Origin: Pelagomonas calceolata
Lineage: Eukaryota
Reading direction: 5' to 3'
NCBI GenBank assembly: GCA_918797485.1
Contig: CAKKNE010000004.1
Coordinates: 2,108,001-2,172,000 of the forward strand
DNA length: 64,000 bases
The notes beneath the pieces are model-generated. The model was not told the DNA's origin. It saw only the letters and a list, made by a program, of their open reading frames with translations, and searched no databases. The position numbers and the translations under genes are program-made. Below are positions 55,201 through 64,000 of the stretch, piece after piece (the stretch's first letter is position 1; each line of letters starts with the position of its first letter).

Positions 55201-57484
55201 CCTCGTCGAGCCGCCGCCAGAGGCCCTGGATCTTGGACGTCGCTAGTTCGTTCGGTTTTAAGGAAAGGCCGCCCTGCGAGCCGTTCGCCCGTATCACGCG
55301 CTCGAACTCATCATACTCGAGGCGGTCGTTCTCGTCCGTGTCAATGGCCTTGAAGACCTTGTACCAGCTAAAGTGGCCGTGGTACCACTTCTTGCCCGCC
55401 GTATTCAGTATACCTACGACCTCCTCCAGGCCCTCGTCGGTGAGCGGGGCCCAGCCCTCCAGGATGAGCAAATACAAGCCGTGCTGGAGCTCGGCGATGG
55501 TCACTTCGCCGCTCCGGTCGTGGTCCACGTACGCCCAGAGCGCTTGGAGGTCCGTATCCTTCATGTCCGGCAGTAGCAGCTCTTCCCGCACGGCCTTGAC
55601 GAACTCTACGAAATCTAGGCGGCCGCTGAAGTCCTTGTCCAGGCGCTTGAAGAGCAACTCCCAGTTCTTGTTCATCGAGCCCTTCGTGTCCCAGGCCGCG
55701 CAGACCTTCATCATCTGATCCTGCAAGCGGAGCACGACGGCGCGCAGCTGTTCGAAGGGCATTAACAGCCGATGCTCCGCGTGCGTCGTCGGCCGCTTGT
55801 GCTCGATGGTGCGCCCCGTCGCGTACTTCTGCTTGGGCTCGGCGTGGCCCGCCAATCGCCGCTCGGCGGCTTCCCGCGCCTCGCGCGCCTGCTGCTCCGC
55901 GGCCTCGCGCATCTCGACCTGGAGCTTCTCGTCGGCCGTGAGCTCGACTTCCGGCAGCGCCGCCTCCTCGATCCGCATGAAGTGCATGAACTCATCTATG
56001 CTCACACCGCCGGAGCAGTCCGCGTCGAGCCGCCGCCACAGGCCCTGCAACGCCTCTAGGCTCACTTCGTGCGGCTTCAGGCTCAGGCCGCCCTGCGAGC
56101 CGTTCGCCCGGATGACGCGCTCAAACTCGTCAAATTCGAGGCGGTCGTTTTCGTCGGTGTCGATGGCCCGGAAGACCTTGTACCAGCTGAAGTGGCCGTG
56201 GTACCACTTCTTCGCCGCCACGTTGATCGTGAGGATGAGGTTCCCCAGGTCCTCATCCATCAAAGGGGCCCAGCCCTCCAGGATCAATAAATACAGGCCG
56301 TGCTGGAACTCGGCGATGGTCACTTCGCCGCTCTTGTCGTGATCTATATAAGTCCAGAGCGCTCTGAGTTCCTCTTCTGTCGTGTCTGGGACTTTGAGCT
56401 CATCCCTTACGGCCTTGAGGAACTCGAGGTAGTCTAATCTACCAGAAAAGTCGGCGTCGATGCGCTCGAAGAGCGTGCGCCAGTTCTTGTCCATGGAGCC
56501 CTTGCTGTCCCAGGTCGCGCAGACCCGCTGCATCGTGTCGTGCAGGCGGATTACTACTCCACGTAATTGTTCGAAGGGCAGCACTAGTTCGTGTTCTTCA
56601 TGCGTCGAGGGCTTCTGATTTTCTATGACGCGCCCCGTGGCGTACTTCTGCTTCGGTTCAATACCTTGCTCCTCGAGCCAGCGTTCGTGGGCCTGGCGCG
56701 CCTCTTCCGCTCGTTTCTCGGCAGCGGCGCGCATTTCCTCCCTTGTCAACTCGTCTTGTGTCAACTCGACCTCGGGCAGCTCCGCCTCCTCGCGCCGCAT
56801 GAAGCCCACGAACTCCTCGACGCTCACCCCGCCCGAGCAGTCGTCGTCGAGCCGCCGCCACAGGCCCCTCAAATCGGCATCGGCGACTTTTTCTGGTACC
56901 AAACTCAGGCCGCCCTGCGAGCCGTTCGCCCGTACTACTCGCTCCAGCTCGTCGTACTCTAACCTATCATTTTCGTCGGTATCAATAGCTTTAAAAATCT
57001 TGTACCAGCTGAAGTGGCCGTGGTACCACTTTTTACCGGCCGCGTTGAGCGTGAGCACGACGCGCTCGAGGTCGTCGTCTGTTATCCGTTCCCAACCTTC
57101 TAGTATTAGTAAATACAAGCCGTGCTGGAATTCTGCGAGAGAGACTTCCCCACTTTTATCGTGATCTATATAAGTCCATAAAGCCTGCAACTCTTTATCT
57201 GAGGTGTCTAGTCGTAGCCCCTCGCGCACAGCTTTCACAAACTCCGCGTAATCTAACCTCCCAGAAAAGTCGGCGTCGAGGCGCTTGAACAACAATTCCC
57301 AGTTCTTGTTCATGGAGCCCTTCGTGTCCCATGCTGCCGATGTTTTTTGCATCTCGTCCTGCAGGCGGATTACTACACTTCGTAACTGCGCGAAGGGTAT
57401 GACGAGCTCATGCTCGGCGTGCGTCGACGGCTTCTTGTGCTCGATGACGCGGCCCGTCGAGTACTTCTGCTCCTGCAGCGGCAT
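46293..57484 (-). CDS. Giant (~3,690 aa) multi-EF-hand protein with acidic Pro-rich repeats and two SH3 domains; exons 57484-54884 and 54767-46293
   Basis: A 116-bp GTGCGT...ACACAG intron (54768-54883) joins the two long ORFs inside repeat 4 (TMTK-VCASW, as in repeat 5). Five ~273-aa units each have four DxDxSG/DxDxND loops, with nine further EF-hand pairs downstream. SH3-like ARSAF...EMSLDAGD...DWVF...GYVPRHFL occurs twice. Confidence 0.85.
47575..47930. repeat. Coding minisatellite: three near-perfect 117-bp units (39-aa EPT/EPA repeats)
   Basis: GCTGTGGGCTCCTGAGTAGG recurs at 47581, 47698 and 47815. Confidence 0.9.
50035..50200. repeat. Coding minisatellite: about 2.7 copies of a 60-bp unit within a longer 12-bp EPTA repeat tract
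   Basis: Identical sequence starts at 50041, 50101 and 50161. Confidence 0.9.
54789..54854. repeat. (TA)n microsatellites inside the intron of the EF-hand gene
   Basis: Two TA runs in otherwise GC-rich DNA. Confidence 0.9.
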
Positions 57485-57951
57485 GGTGGATGCTGCCCTG
57501 CCGGCAATGTACTGCAGCCTAGCGCTGCCTGCACGACGGCTCGTCGCGCGGGACGCCCGCTCCGGCTGCCCCCGTCGTGCGTTGGCCTCCACGGACGGCT
57601 GCCCCGGCGCAGCTGCCGCTTTGGCTGGCTTTGGCCTACGGAGAGCGCTCGCGTTAAGTTAAAATCGGCGGGTTTTTGACGAAACCACCGCATCCTTTGT
57701 GGTTCGCAGAAGCTGCTCTTTGACGCCCTCGTGGGGTCGGCGAGCCCTTCCCTCGCGTTTGGGTGAGCCCGCAGCGCAACAAGCTTGCCGCTGCGCTCTC
57801 CCGCGCGCAGCGCAATCGAGAGGCAGCCCGCGGCGCATTAAGCTCGTCATACGTCTCCTGAGAGGCAGCCGACGCGGTTATCTGGCGAGTCGTCGTCGAA
57901 CACCACGACAGCCACATTGTTGACACCACAGGGTGCCCAGCTCTCACGCTG

Positions 57952-59658
57952 ATGGCCCCGACGCTCACCACGACGGCGCGCGTGCGCCTGCGCCCGCCCA
58001 AGCCGCCGCCGCGGCGCGTCGAGCCGCCGCGGACGACGTCGAACGGACATAGGAAGCAGGCGCCTGACGTCGTGGCCGCGGCCAAGCTGACGCTCGCGAC
58101 GCTGCGCGCGGGCGACGCGCGCGCGGCGCGGCGCCGCTGCCTGCGCGCTGGGTTCCACGCGCTGCGCGTCGGCGTGGCGAACGAACGGTTAGAACGCGCC
58201 GCGACTGCCGTCAGACGGCGGGAGGCCGCGGCCGAGCATGCCGCCGCCGCGATAGCGCGCCGCGAGGCCGCGGCCGGCGAGGGCCCCAAGAGCCCGCCGC
58301 GCTGGGTGAAGGCGCTCGTCGCGTCGGAGGCGCGAACGGCGGCCGCCTCGGAGCGGCGCGGCCACGGCGTGGCTCTGCGGGGCGTCGGGCGCGCGGCCGA
58401 CGCCGTCGTTATGGCGTGCGCCGCCGCGGCCGCGGCTGCGGGCGCGACGGCGCAAGCGGACAATTCGCTGCTCACGGCGCGGTTGGCCGCGGCGAATGCG
58501 AGCCGAGTGCGCGCGGAAACCGAGGCGCGGGAGGCCACCGATGCGGCGGCGGCGCGCGTGGCGGCGGCCGAGCAAGCTCTCCGCGACGCCACCGACGCGG
58601 CCGACGCGCGCGTGTGGGCGGCCGAGCAAGAGCTCCGGGTCGCCACCGACGCCGCCAACATGCGCGTGGCGGCGGCCGAGAAGGCTTCGTCCGTGGCCGA
58701 GACGCGGGCCAATGCGTCAGAGACCTCTGCAAGCGAGATTGTCGCCGTCGCCCGCGCCCGCGTGCAGAACGCGGAGAAAGAAGCGTTCGAGACGGAGGCC
58801 GCGGCGCAACATGCCGTCGAATCTGCGAAGCGCGCCGTCGCGGCGTCCGACGCGCGCGCCGTGCGGGCTGAGGCCGAGACGAAAAAAGCATTGGCGGCGA
58901 TGCGAGCATCCATACCGGACGCGGCCGTCAGCCGGGCCCTCGCGGCGCGGTGGCGCTGCGCCGCGGCCGTCAGTAACACGCGGCGCGTCGCGGATCACTG
59001 CTACGTTGGTTTGGCGGCCGACGCGGCGACGGACGCGCGGGACGAGACGGTGAACGAGCAGCACGCGCACCGCGAGACCACGGAGAGGATGCGCGACGCC
59101 GAGGTCGACGCGCACCAGGCGCGCGAGGTGCTCGGCGCCGTCGAGCGCCGGAGCGCGCGCGTCGAGAAGGTCGCGTCCGTGGTGGCGAAGCGGCTGGGCA
59201 CGCACGCGGCCGGCGGCGTCCTGAGAGCGCGGCTCCACAAGTGGCACCGGGCGAGCGAGACGTCGAAGGTGTCCGAGCAGGTGTCGCTGCGGCAGGTCGC
59301 GGCGTCGCGGTGGCTCGCCCGTCTCGCGGGGCGGTCACGACCTCGTCTTTCCCGCGCGTTCCACGGCTGGCGCCGCCGGACGACCGCCGACGTCGTGGCG
59401 GCCGCGCGCCGCGACGAGGCGGCGGTCGCGGCGATGGAGCGCGCCGACGACGTCTGCGAGCTCATCGACGCCGTCCGGTCGTCCGCGTTGCGTCGCATCG
59501 CCGAACGCGCGGCGACGCGCCACGTGGCCCGCCGCCACGCGTTCGCCGAGTGGAAGGCCGCGACGATGATGGACGCGAACGACGAGCTCGCCGACGAGAA
59601 GAGCCGGTTGTTGCTGCTGCAGAGCCTGTGGGCGGCGCGGATGGGGGGGCTCGAGTAG
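57952..59658 (+). CDS. Ala/Arg-rich coiled-coil hypothetical protein
   Basis: 568-aa ORF with internal repeats (ATDAAAARVAAAEQALR-like, about 3 copies) and Sfi1-like AF..W motifs near the C-terminus. Confidence 0.55.
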   Translation: MAPTLTTTARVRLRPPKPPPRRVEPPRTTSNGHRKQAPDVVAAAKLTLATLRAGDARAARRRCLRAGFHALRVGVANERLERAATAVRRREAAAEHAAAAIARREAAAGEGPKSPPRWVKALVASEARTAAASERRGHGVALRGVGRAADAVVMACAAAAAAAGATAQADNSLLTARLAAANASRVRAETEAREATDAAAARVAAAEQALRDATDAADARVWAAEQELRVATDAANMRVAAAEKASSVAETRANASETSASEIVAVARARVQNAEKEAFETEAAAQHAVESAKRAVAASDARAVRAEAETKKALAAMRASIPDAAVSRALAARWRCAAAVSNTRRVADHCYVGLAADAATDARDETVNEQHAHRETTERMRDAEVDAHQAREVLGAVERRSARVEKVASVVAKRLGTHAAGGVLRARLHKWHRASETSKVSEQVSLRQVAASRWLARLAGRSRPRLSRAFHGWRRRTTADVVAAARRDEAAVAAMERADDVCELIDAVRSSALRRIAERAATRHVARRHAFAEWKAATMMDANDELADEKSRLLLLQSLWAARMGGLE

Positions 59659-59687
59659 TAAGTGCGAGTTTACACGGGTCGGGGGCC

Positions 59688-61360
59688 TCAAGCGGCGCGG
59701 TCCGCCTCGGCGCGCGCCTCGAGTGCCTCCGCCTCGGCCAGGTACGCTGCGGCGAGCCGCCGCTTCTCCGCGGCCTCGGTGGCGGCGCGGTCGCCCGCAA
59801 GGTGCTTGCCGTGGATTCTTTTGTCGTATGCCTCGCGCTCGGCCTCGGAGGGCGGCAGCGGAAAGCCCACGCGTCAAAGTCGAAAAGCGGGTCGCCGTCG
59901 CCGCGCGCAAAGGCCCGGACGTCCACGGACTTCGCTGCCGGGCCGATGCCGAGCTCGAGCTCGCCGCCGGTGAAGGGCGCGCGGCCGTCTAGCGCGACAA
60001 TAGAATTCAGGCGGACGTTGCCGTCGTCAGTGTGGCACCTCCCGTCGTTATTCTTGGAGATGTAGACCGACGTGAAAGTTCCGGTGCCCGGCTTCGTGGC
60101 GTCGACCGGGCGGTACTTCCGGTAGAAGCTCACAATCGCTCGCGCGGCGTCCTCGTGCGTCCGCGTGGCTTCGCTCGCCTTGGTGCCCGCGAGTCTCGTC
60201 GCGCCGAAATAAAGAGGCTGTTCCTTCAGGGCGCCCCTCGCGTCCAGCATCCGGACGACGCGCCGCAGCTCGGCCACGTCGGCGGCGGCGGCTTCGGGTA
60301 CGACCGCCTGCGGCTGGGCTCGTACCGGCGGCTCCGGGGCTACCTCGTCGCCGGAGTCGTCGTCGTCGGCCTCCTCGTCAGAGGAGACCATCGTGATATC
60401 GATGATTTCCTTCGGCTGAGGCAGCGGCTGCGGCAGCGCCTCGTCCTCGTCCTCGTCCTCGTCCGGCTCCTCGAAGATCAACTCGTCGTCGTCCGTGGCC
60501 GCCGGCGGCGGCGGGGACGGCGAAGACGCGGCCGGTGCTGCCGGCTGCACGGGGGCGGCGGCCGGAGGCGCCGCGGGCGCGGCGACCGGCGCTGCCGGTG
60601 GCGGCGGCTGCGGCGCCAGCACAAGCGGAGCGACTCGGGCCCGCTTGCGCTGCGAGTTCCCCGCGAGGAAGCGGTACACGGGCTCGCCGTCGTGCATCTC
60701 GCCCGAGAGTCGGAAGACGAGCGGCTTGTCCTCGCCCTCGAGCGTCACCGCATTCTGCGATCTGCGGACGATGCGGATGCCCTTCTTCACCCGCTTGCCC
60801 TGGCCCCACTTGAGGTCCTCCAGCGCCCCGGTCCCGAAGCTCCGGTAGAAGTAGTCGTCCCGTTCTTGACCAGCCAGCCGCGATTTACCCGTCTCGGCGT
60901 CTTTGTCCCGGGCGATGTACCACTCACACCACGGCTCCTTGTAATAGCACAACATGAGGTCGTCGATGGCCTCGGGCGTCAAGCGCTCCTGCTTCGGCTT
61001 TCTCTTCTTGCCGCCGCGGGCCAGGCCTCGGGTCTGCCACTCGTCGTCCTCCCTCAATCGTTCTGCCGGCTTGCGCCGCCGCGCCGGTAGCGCGTCGCAC
61101 GCGTAGTTCTTCGTCTCGAAGCGCGAGCCGTCGAGCAGCGTCAGGTGCTCCTCTTCGACCTCCTGGTCCCACGTCCCGGTAGGCCACGTCAATGTGAGCT
61201 GCACGTTGTGCGCGTCGTCCGGCTGGCGCTGGGCCGTCCTGCGCCGGTTCGTCTTCGGCCGATTGATCTTCACGACCTTGGCCTGGATGTGCTTGCCTTC
61301 GTAGACCAAGGACACAATCACGTCCTTCGCGCCATCGTAGTACGGCCCTGGGACCTCCAT
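59688..61360 (-). pseudogene. Protein with a C-terminal 2OG-Fe(II) dioxygenase-like domain, apparently disrupted by a deletion/frameshift at ~59870
   Basis: FTSVYISKNN..RCHTDDGN..NSIVAL...FTGGEL carries HxD, but the distal His/Arg strand is absent. Coding-like GFPLPPSEAEREAY...* continues in another frame (59870-59688). The 5' ~1.5 kb is an intact ORF. Confidence 0.5.
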
Positions 61361-62493
61361 CTCGTGCCGCGCGGCTCGCAGGCAGCCAGCTGTGGGTCTT
61401 GGGCACGGATGTGATTTATAGATGCAAAACGTCACCAAAAGTGCCTCTCGGGCAGCCTCTTGGGGCGGTCCCGCGGTGCGACAGCGAGTATGCTCTGCGG
61501 ACAGCACTTTAAACTATAAAAGTTAACCAAGGCTCACCCCGCGCGAGGGACTCTAGCACCCGCACGCAGCCTTCTCCGACGGATGCGTCCTGAGACGGAT
61601 GCCTGCCCGGTCGGCACGCGCGGCGCGCGGTCGCGGGCCTCGCAAGTTGCCAGTATCGGGTGCCCCGTACGAGCGCGCGGCGGCGTCGAGGCGAAGCGAC
61701 GCGGGCGGCCTTGGGTCTCCCGTTGGTAGGAGCTGTTTCTGCTTGCCGCGCGCCGCGAGACGCGATCGCGGCCGGCGTCGAACAACAATAAGTTGTCTTC
61801 ACGAGAAACGCTGCGTCGCGGTCGGCGCGTCGACGACGCGGACAGGCGGCCGCACGTCGTCGGGTTGCGGCTTCCGATGGGGCAGGCTGCCCATTGGCGA
61901 GATCGATCATATTTGGGCCTGCGCTGCCGCCCTGCGGCATCGTGTGGCTGCCCGACGGTGTAGGTGAAAGGCAAGGCGCGTTGGGGGGCTTTTTCGTGTG
62001 TGTTGGCAAGCCTATTTAGGAGCCTCGTGTACGAGTACGTGCACTTTCTATTTCCTATCTTTGAGCACTTCTTTGAGCGTCTCGCTAGAACTTGTGCGGA
62101 ACACCCGTCGACGTCGTCCTTTCGTGTGTCAGTAGTGGTATGAGAGTAGGATCAGTTTTTGAAAGTCTAGTTGGTTTAAACACTAGGATTAGCAAAATCC
62201 AGCTCACGAGTACGTCTTTATAGAGAGCTCGGCGTGTGAATGCTTAAAAGCTGATTGCGGCAGCGCGCGAAGCTCCACAAAGCCTCGCGAGACCGCGGGA
62301 CAGCAGAAATCCGTCTTGCGAACGGCGGGATAGCCATCTTCTGCAAAAAAGCAAAAAGCAGAAGACGGGAGTCTCGCAAACGAGGGTGATTCTCGTTGCT
62401 CCGACACACGCGCATCCGACGTGGAAACCCCCAGCCACCTGCGCTACAGCATAAAACGCCCCCAAAATCGCCTGACGAGCCGCGACGCGCGCC

Positions 62494-63237
62494 ATGGACC
62501 AGCCCGAGCCGAAGAAGCGCCGCCTCGAAGGCATGTCCGTCGAGGACCGTTTACGAAGGTCCCGCGAACGGAATCGCGAGCACGCGCGTCGGACCCGGCA
62601 GCGCAAGAAGGCCCAGTTGCAAACCCTACAATCAAGAGTCGCGGAATTGCAGGAGGAGGGCCGGAGATTGGAGGAGGCCTTCAAGGACTGCTCCACGGCC
62701 AATATATTGTTGGGACTGAACAACCCGGCCATGGCGCGCACGGTCTCCGATCTCTTCAAGAGCCGGGAGGACGCGTCGCTCCGCGAGGCCATGAGCGACA
62801 ACGTGAGTGAAGGAGACCACGAGGGCTCGCCGCGCGTGCGGCCCGTGTCTCCATCAAGTTCGAAGTCGTCGTTGGATGACCCGGACCTAGAAAGGTCCGC
62901 GTCCGCGCTCCAACAGATCGCGACGGACGACGAACCTGTAAATAAGCCGACGATCCACTGGAAGTCGGGCTACGCCCTCGACGCGCGCGGCGCGCGCAAG
63001 GACTTGAGCCCGGCGGAGCTCGACAAGATGCGCCGCGAGCGCAACCGCCTCCACGCGAAGATGACGCGCGACCGAAAAAAGGTATATATTGAGACGCTGA
63101 CGAGGGCCGTGACGGATCTCGAAGATGAAAATAGGGCCGTGCGGCGCGCGCTGGCGCTGCAGCTCGATGCGACCGTCGGCGAGCCGGGGCGCTACCTGTC
63201 GTACGTCGGGCTCGGCGACGAGACGGTGCCCTGCTGA
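62494..63237 (+). CDS. Transcription factor with two bZIP domains
   Basis: RRSRERNREHARRTRQRKKAQLQTLQSRVAELQEE and RRERNRLHAKMTRDRKKVYIETLTRAVTDLEDEN. Confidence 0.9.
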   Translation: MDQPEPKKRRLEGMSVEDRLRRSRERNREHARRTRQRKKAQLQTLQSRVAELQEEGRRLEEAFKDCSTANILLGLNNPAMARTVSDLFKSREDASLREAMSDNVSEGDHEGSPRVRPVSPSSSKSSLDDPDLERSASALQQIATDDEPVNKPTIHWKSGYALDARGARKDLSPAELDKMRRERNRLHAKMTRDRKKVYIETLTRAVTDLEDENRAVRRALALQLDATVGEPGRYLSYVGLGDETVPC

Positions 63238-63768
63238 ACATTCCTGAACACATTCCTGTGCGTCTGCATTCCTATGCGTAAGATGGCACACTCTGGTTCG
63301 TCGCGGCGGCGGCGTGGGGGGTGCTGTCGTTGCGGCGCTAGGACTAGTGGGCGACGGCGTCGGCGCGGGCCGTCGGCTCGTGGGACGCGCTGGCGGAACG
63401 AGCGTTGTTGTGGTTGCCTCTGCGCCTAAGGGGTATTCAACTATAAAAGTTTACGACTCGGACGGCGTTTCGCGGGCGTGGAGCGCGGCTCGCGCTTTTC
63501 GCAGGGATCACATAGGAAGGTAGTATACCTTTACCTAGGTACATACGATACGGTACGAGCCCGGCGCCGCGCAGCTTAAGAGCACGTAATTGCTACGCTG
63601 CTCTGCAGCGCGCGTCTTTCTCGGCTTCGTACGATCAGTTCGCCACTGCCCGCACGCGCAGTTTCAAACGCGCGCGCCAACAAAGCACAGGGAGCCCGGT
63701 CAGACCGCCTGACCCAGAGAGCTCCATTTGCCAAACCGCTGCGCGCACGCAAGAGCACTGCACTACAG

Positions 63769-64000
63769 ATGGACGCCGCCACCCTCACAAAAATACGAGG
63801 CGGCATGGCCGGCCTCGCGCCGCCACAAGCGAGACAAAAAGTAGGCAACCGCGAGTGCGCGTACTCCTTCGACTCGCCCTACGCCGAGGGCGGGCTGTTC
63901 GTCAACCTCAAGACCTTCGCCGGATGTGGCAGTGACTTCGTGAAACAGGACGCGGCGCGATCGTCCACAACTTTGTACGCGCACCACCGCTGGACCAAAA
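63769..64000 (+). CDS. USP5: Ubiquitin C-terminal hydrolase USP5/13 (UBP14), 5' end only; absent from the ORF track
   Basis: Hand translation gives MDAATLTKIRGGMAGLAPPQARQKVGNRECAYSFDSPYAEGGLFVNLKTFAGCG, matching the USP5 N-terminal ECxxSFDxPxxxGGLxV motif. Confidence 0.8.
   Translation, partial: MDAATLTKIRGGMAGLAPPQARQKVGNRECAYSFDSPYAEGGLFVNLKTFAGCGSDFVKQDAARSSTTLYAHHRWTK

Noticed and set aside
57654..58979. 441-aa Ala-rich minus-strand ORF
   Set aside because: Mirror of the plus-strand coiled-coil ORF at 57952-59658, which has the more protein-like composition.
61509..62450. Short ORFs between the dioxygenase-like gene and the bZIP gene
   Set aside because: No motifs or coding-like composition; probably divergent promoter and UTR sequence.

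Overview
Gene-dense, GC-rich eukaryotic nuclear DNA with about 31 protein-coding genes, few short spliceosomal introns and very short gaps between convergent genes. It is most likely a pelagophyte alga (Pelagomonas/Aureococcus-like). This is an inference from bipartite plastid-targeting N-termini, a double-bZIP factor and introner-type introns. No rRNA, tRNA or CRISPR was seen. Housekeeping genes include organellar IleRS, prolyl oligopeptidase, Mago nashi, TMEM70, a TUTase, DP, PLK4, ARL2, a MAPKK, BRAP2 and USP5/UBP14. Main highlights: (1) a candidate organic-nitrogen catabolic module, made of a fusion of an allophanate-hydrolase-C/GGCT-like domain with a BiuH/RutB-like cysteine hydrolase and an NCS2/AzgA-like permease one gene away; (2) a divergent type-1 rhodopsin with the retinal Lys, an altered helix C and about 2 extra N-terminal TM helices; (3) two homologous introner elements (TIRs plus 8-bp TSD, GC-AG splicing) and relics of their core motif; (4) a receptor with an LRR/PAN ectodomain and a HET/TIR-like cytoplasmic domain; (5) a ~3,700-aa protein with ~38 EF-hand-like motifs and 2 SH3 domains; (6) two tandem pairs of orphan membrane proteins sharing an upstream module, plus a recurrent intergenic motif. 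All family assignments come from motif recognition by eye; no database search was run.
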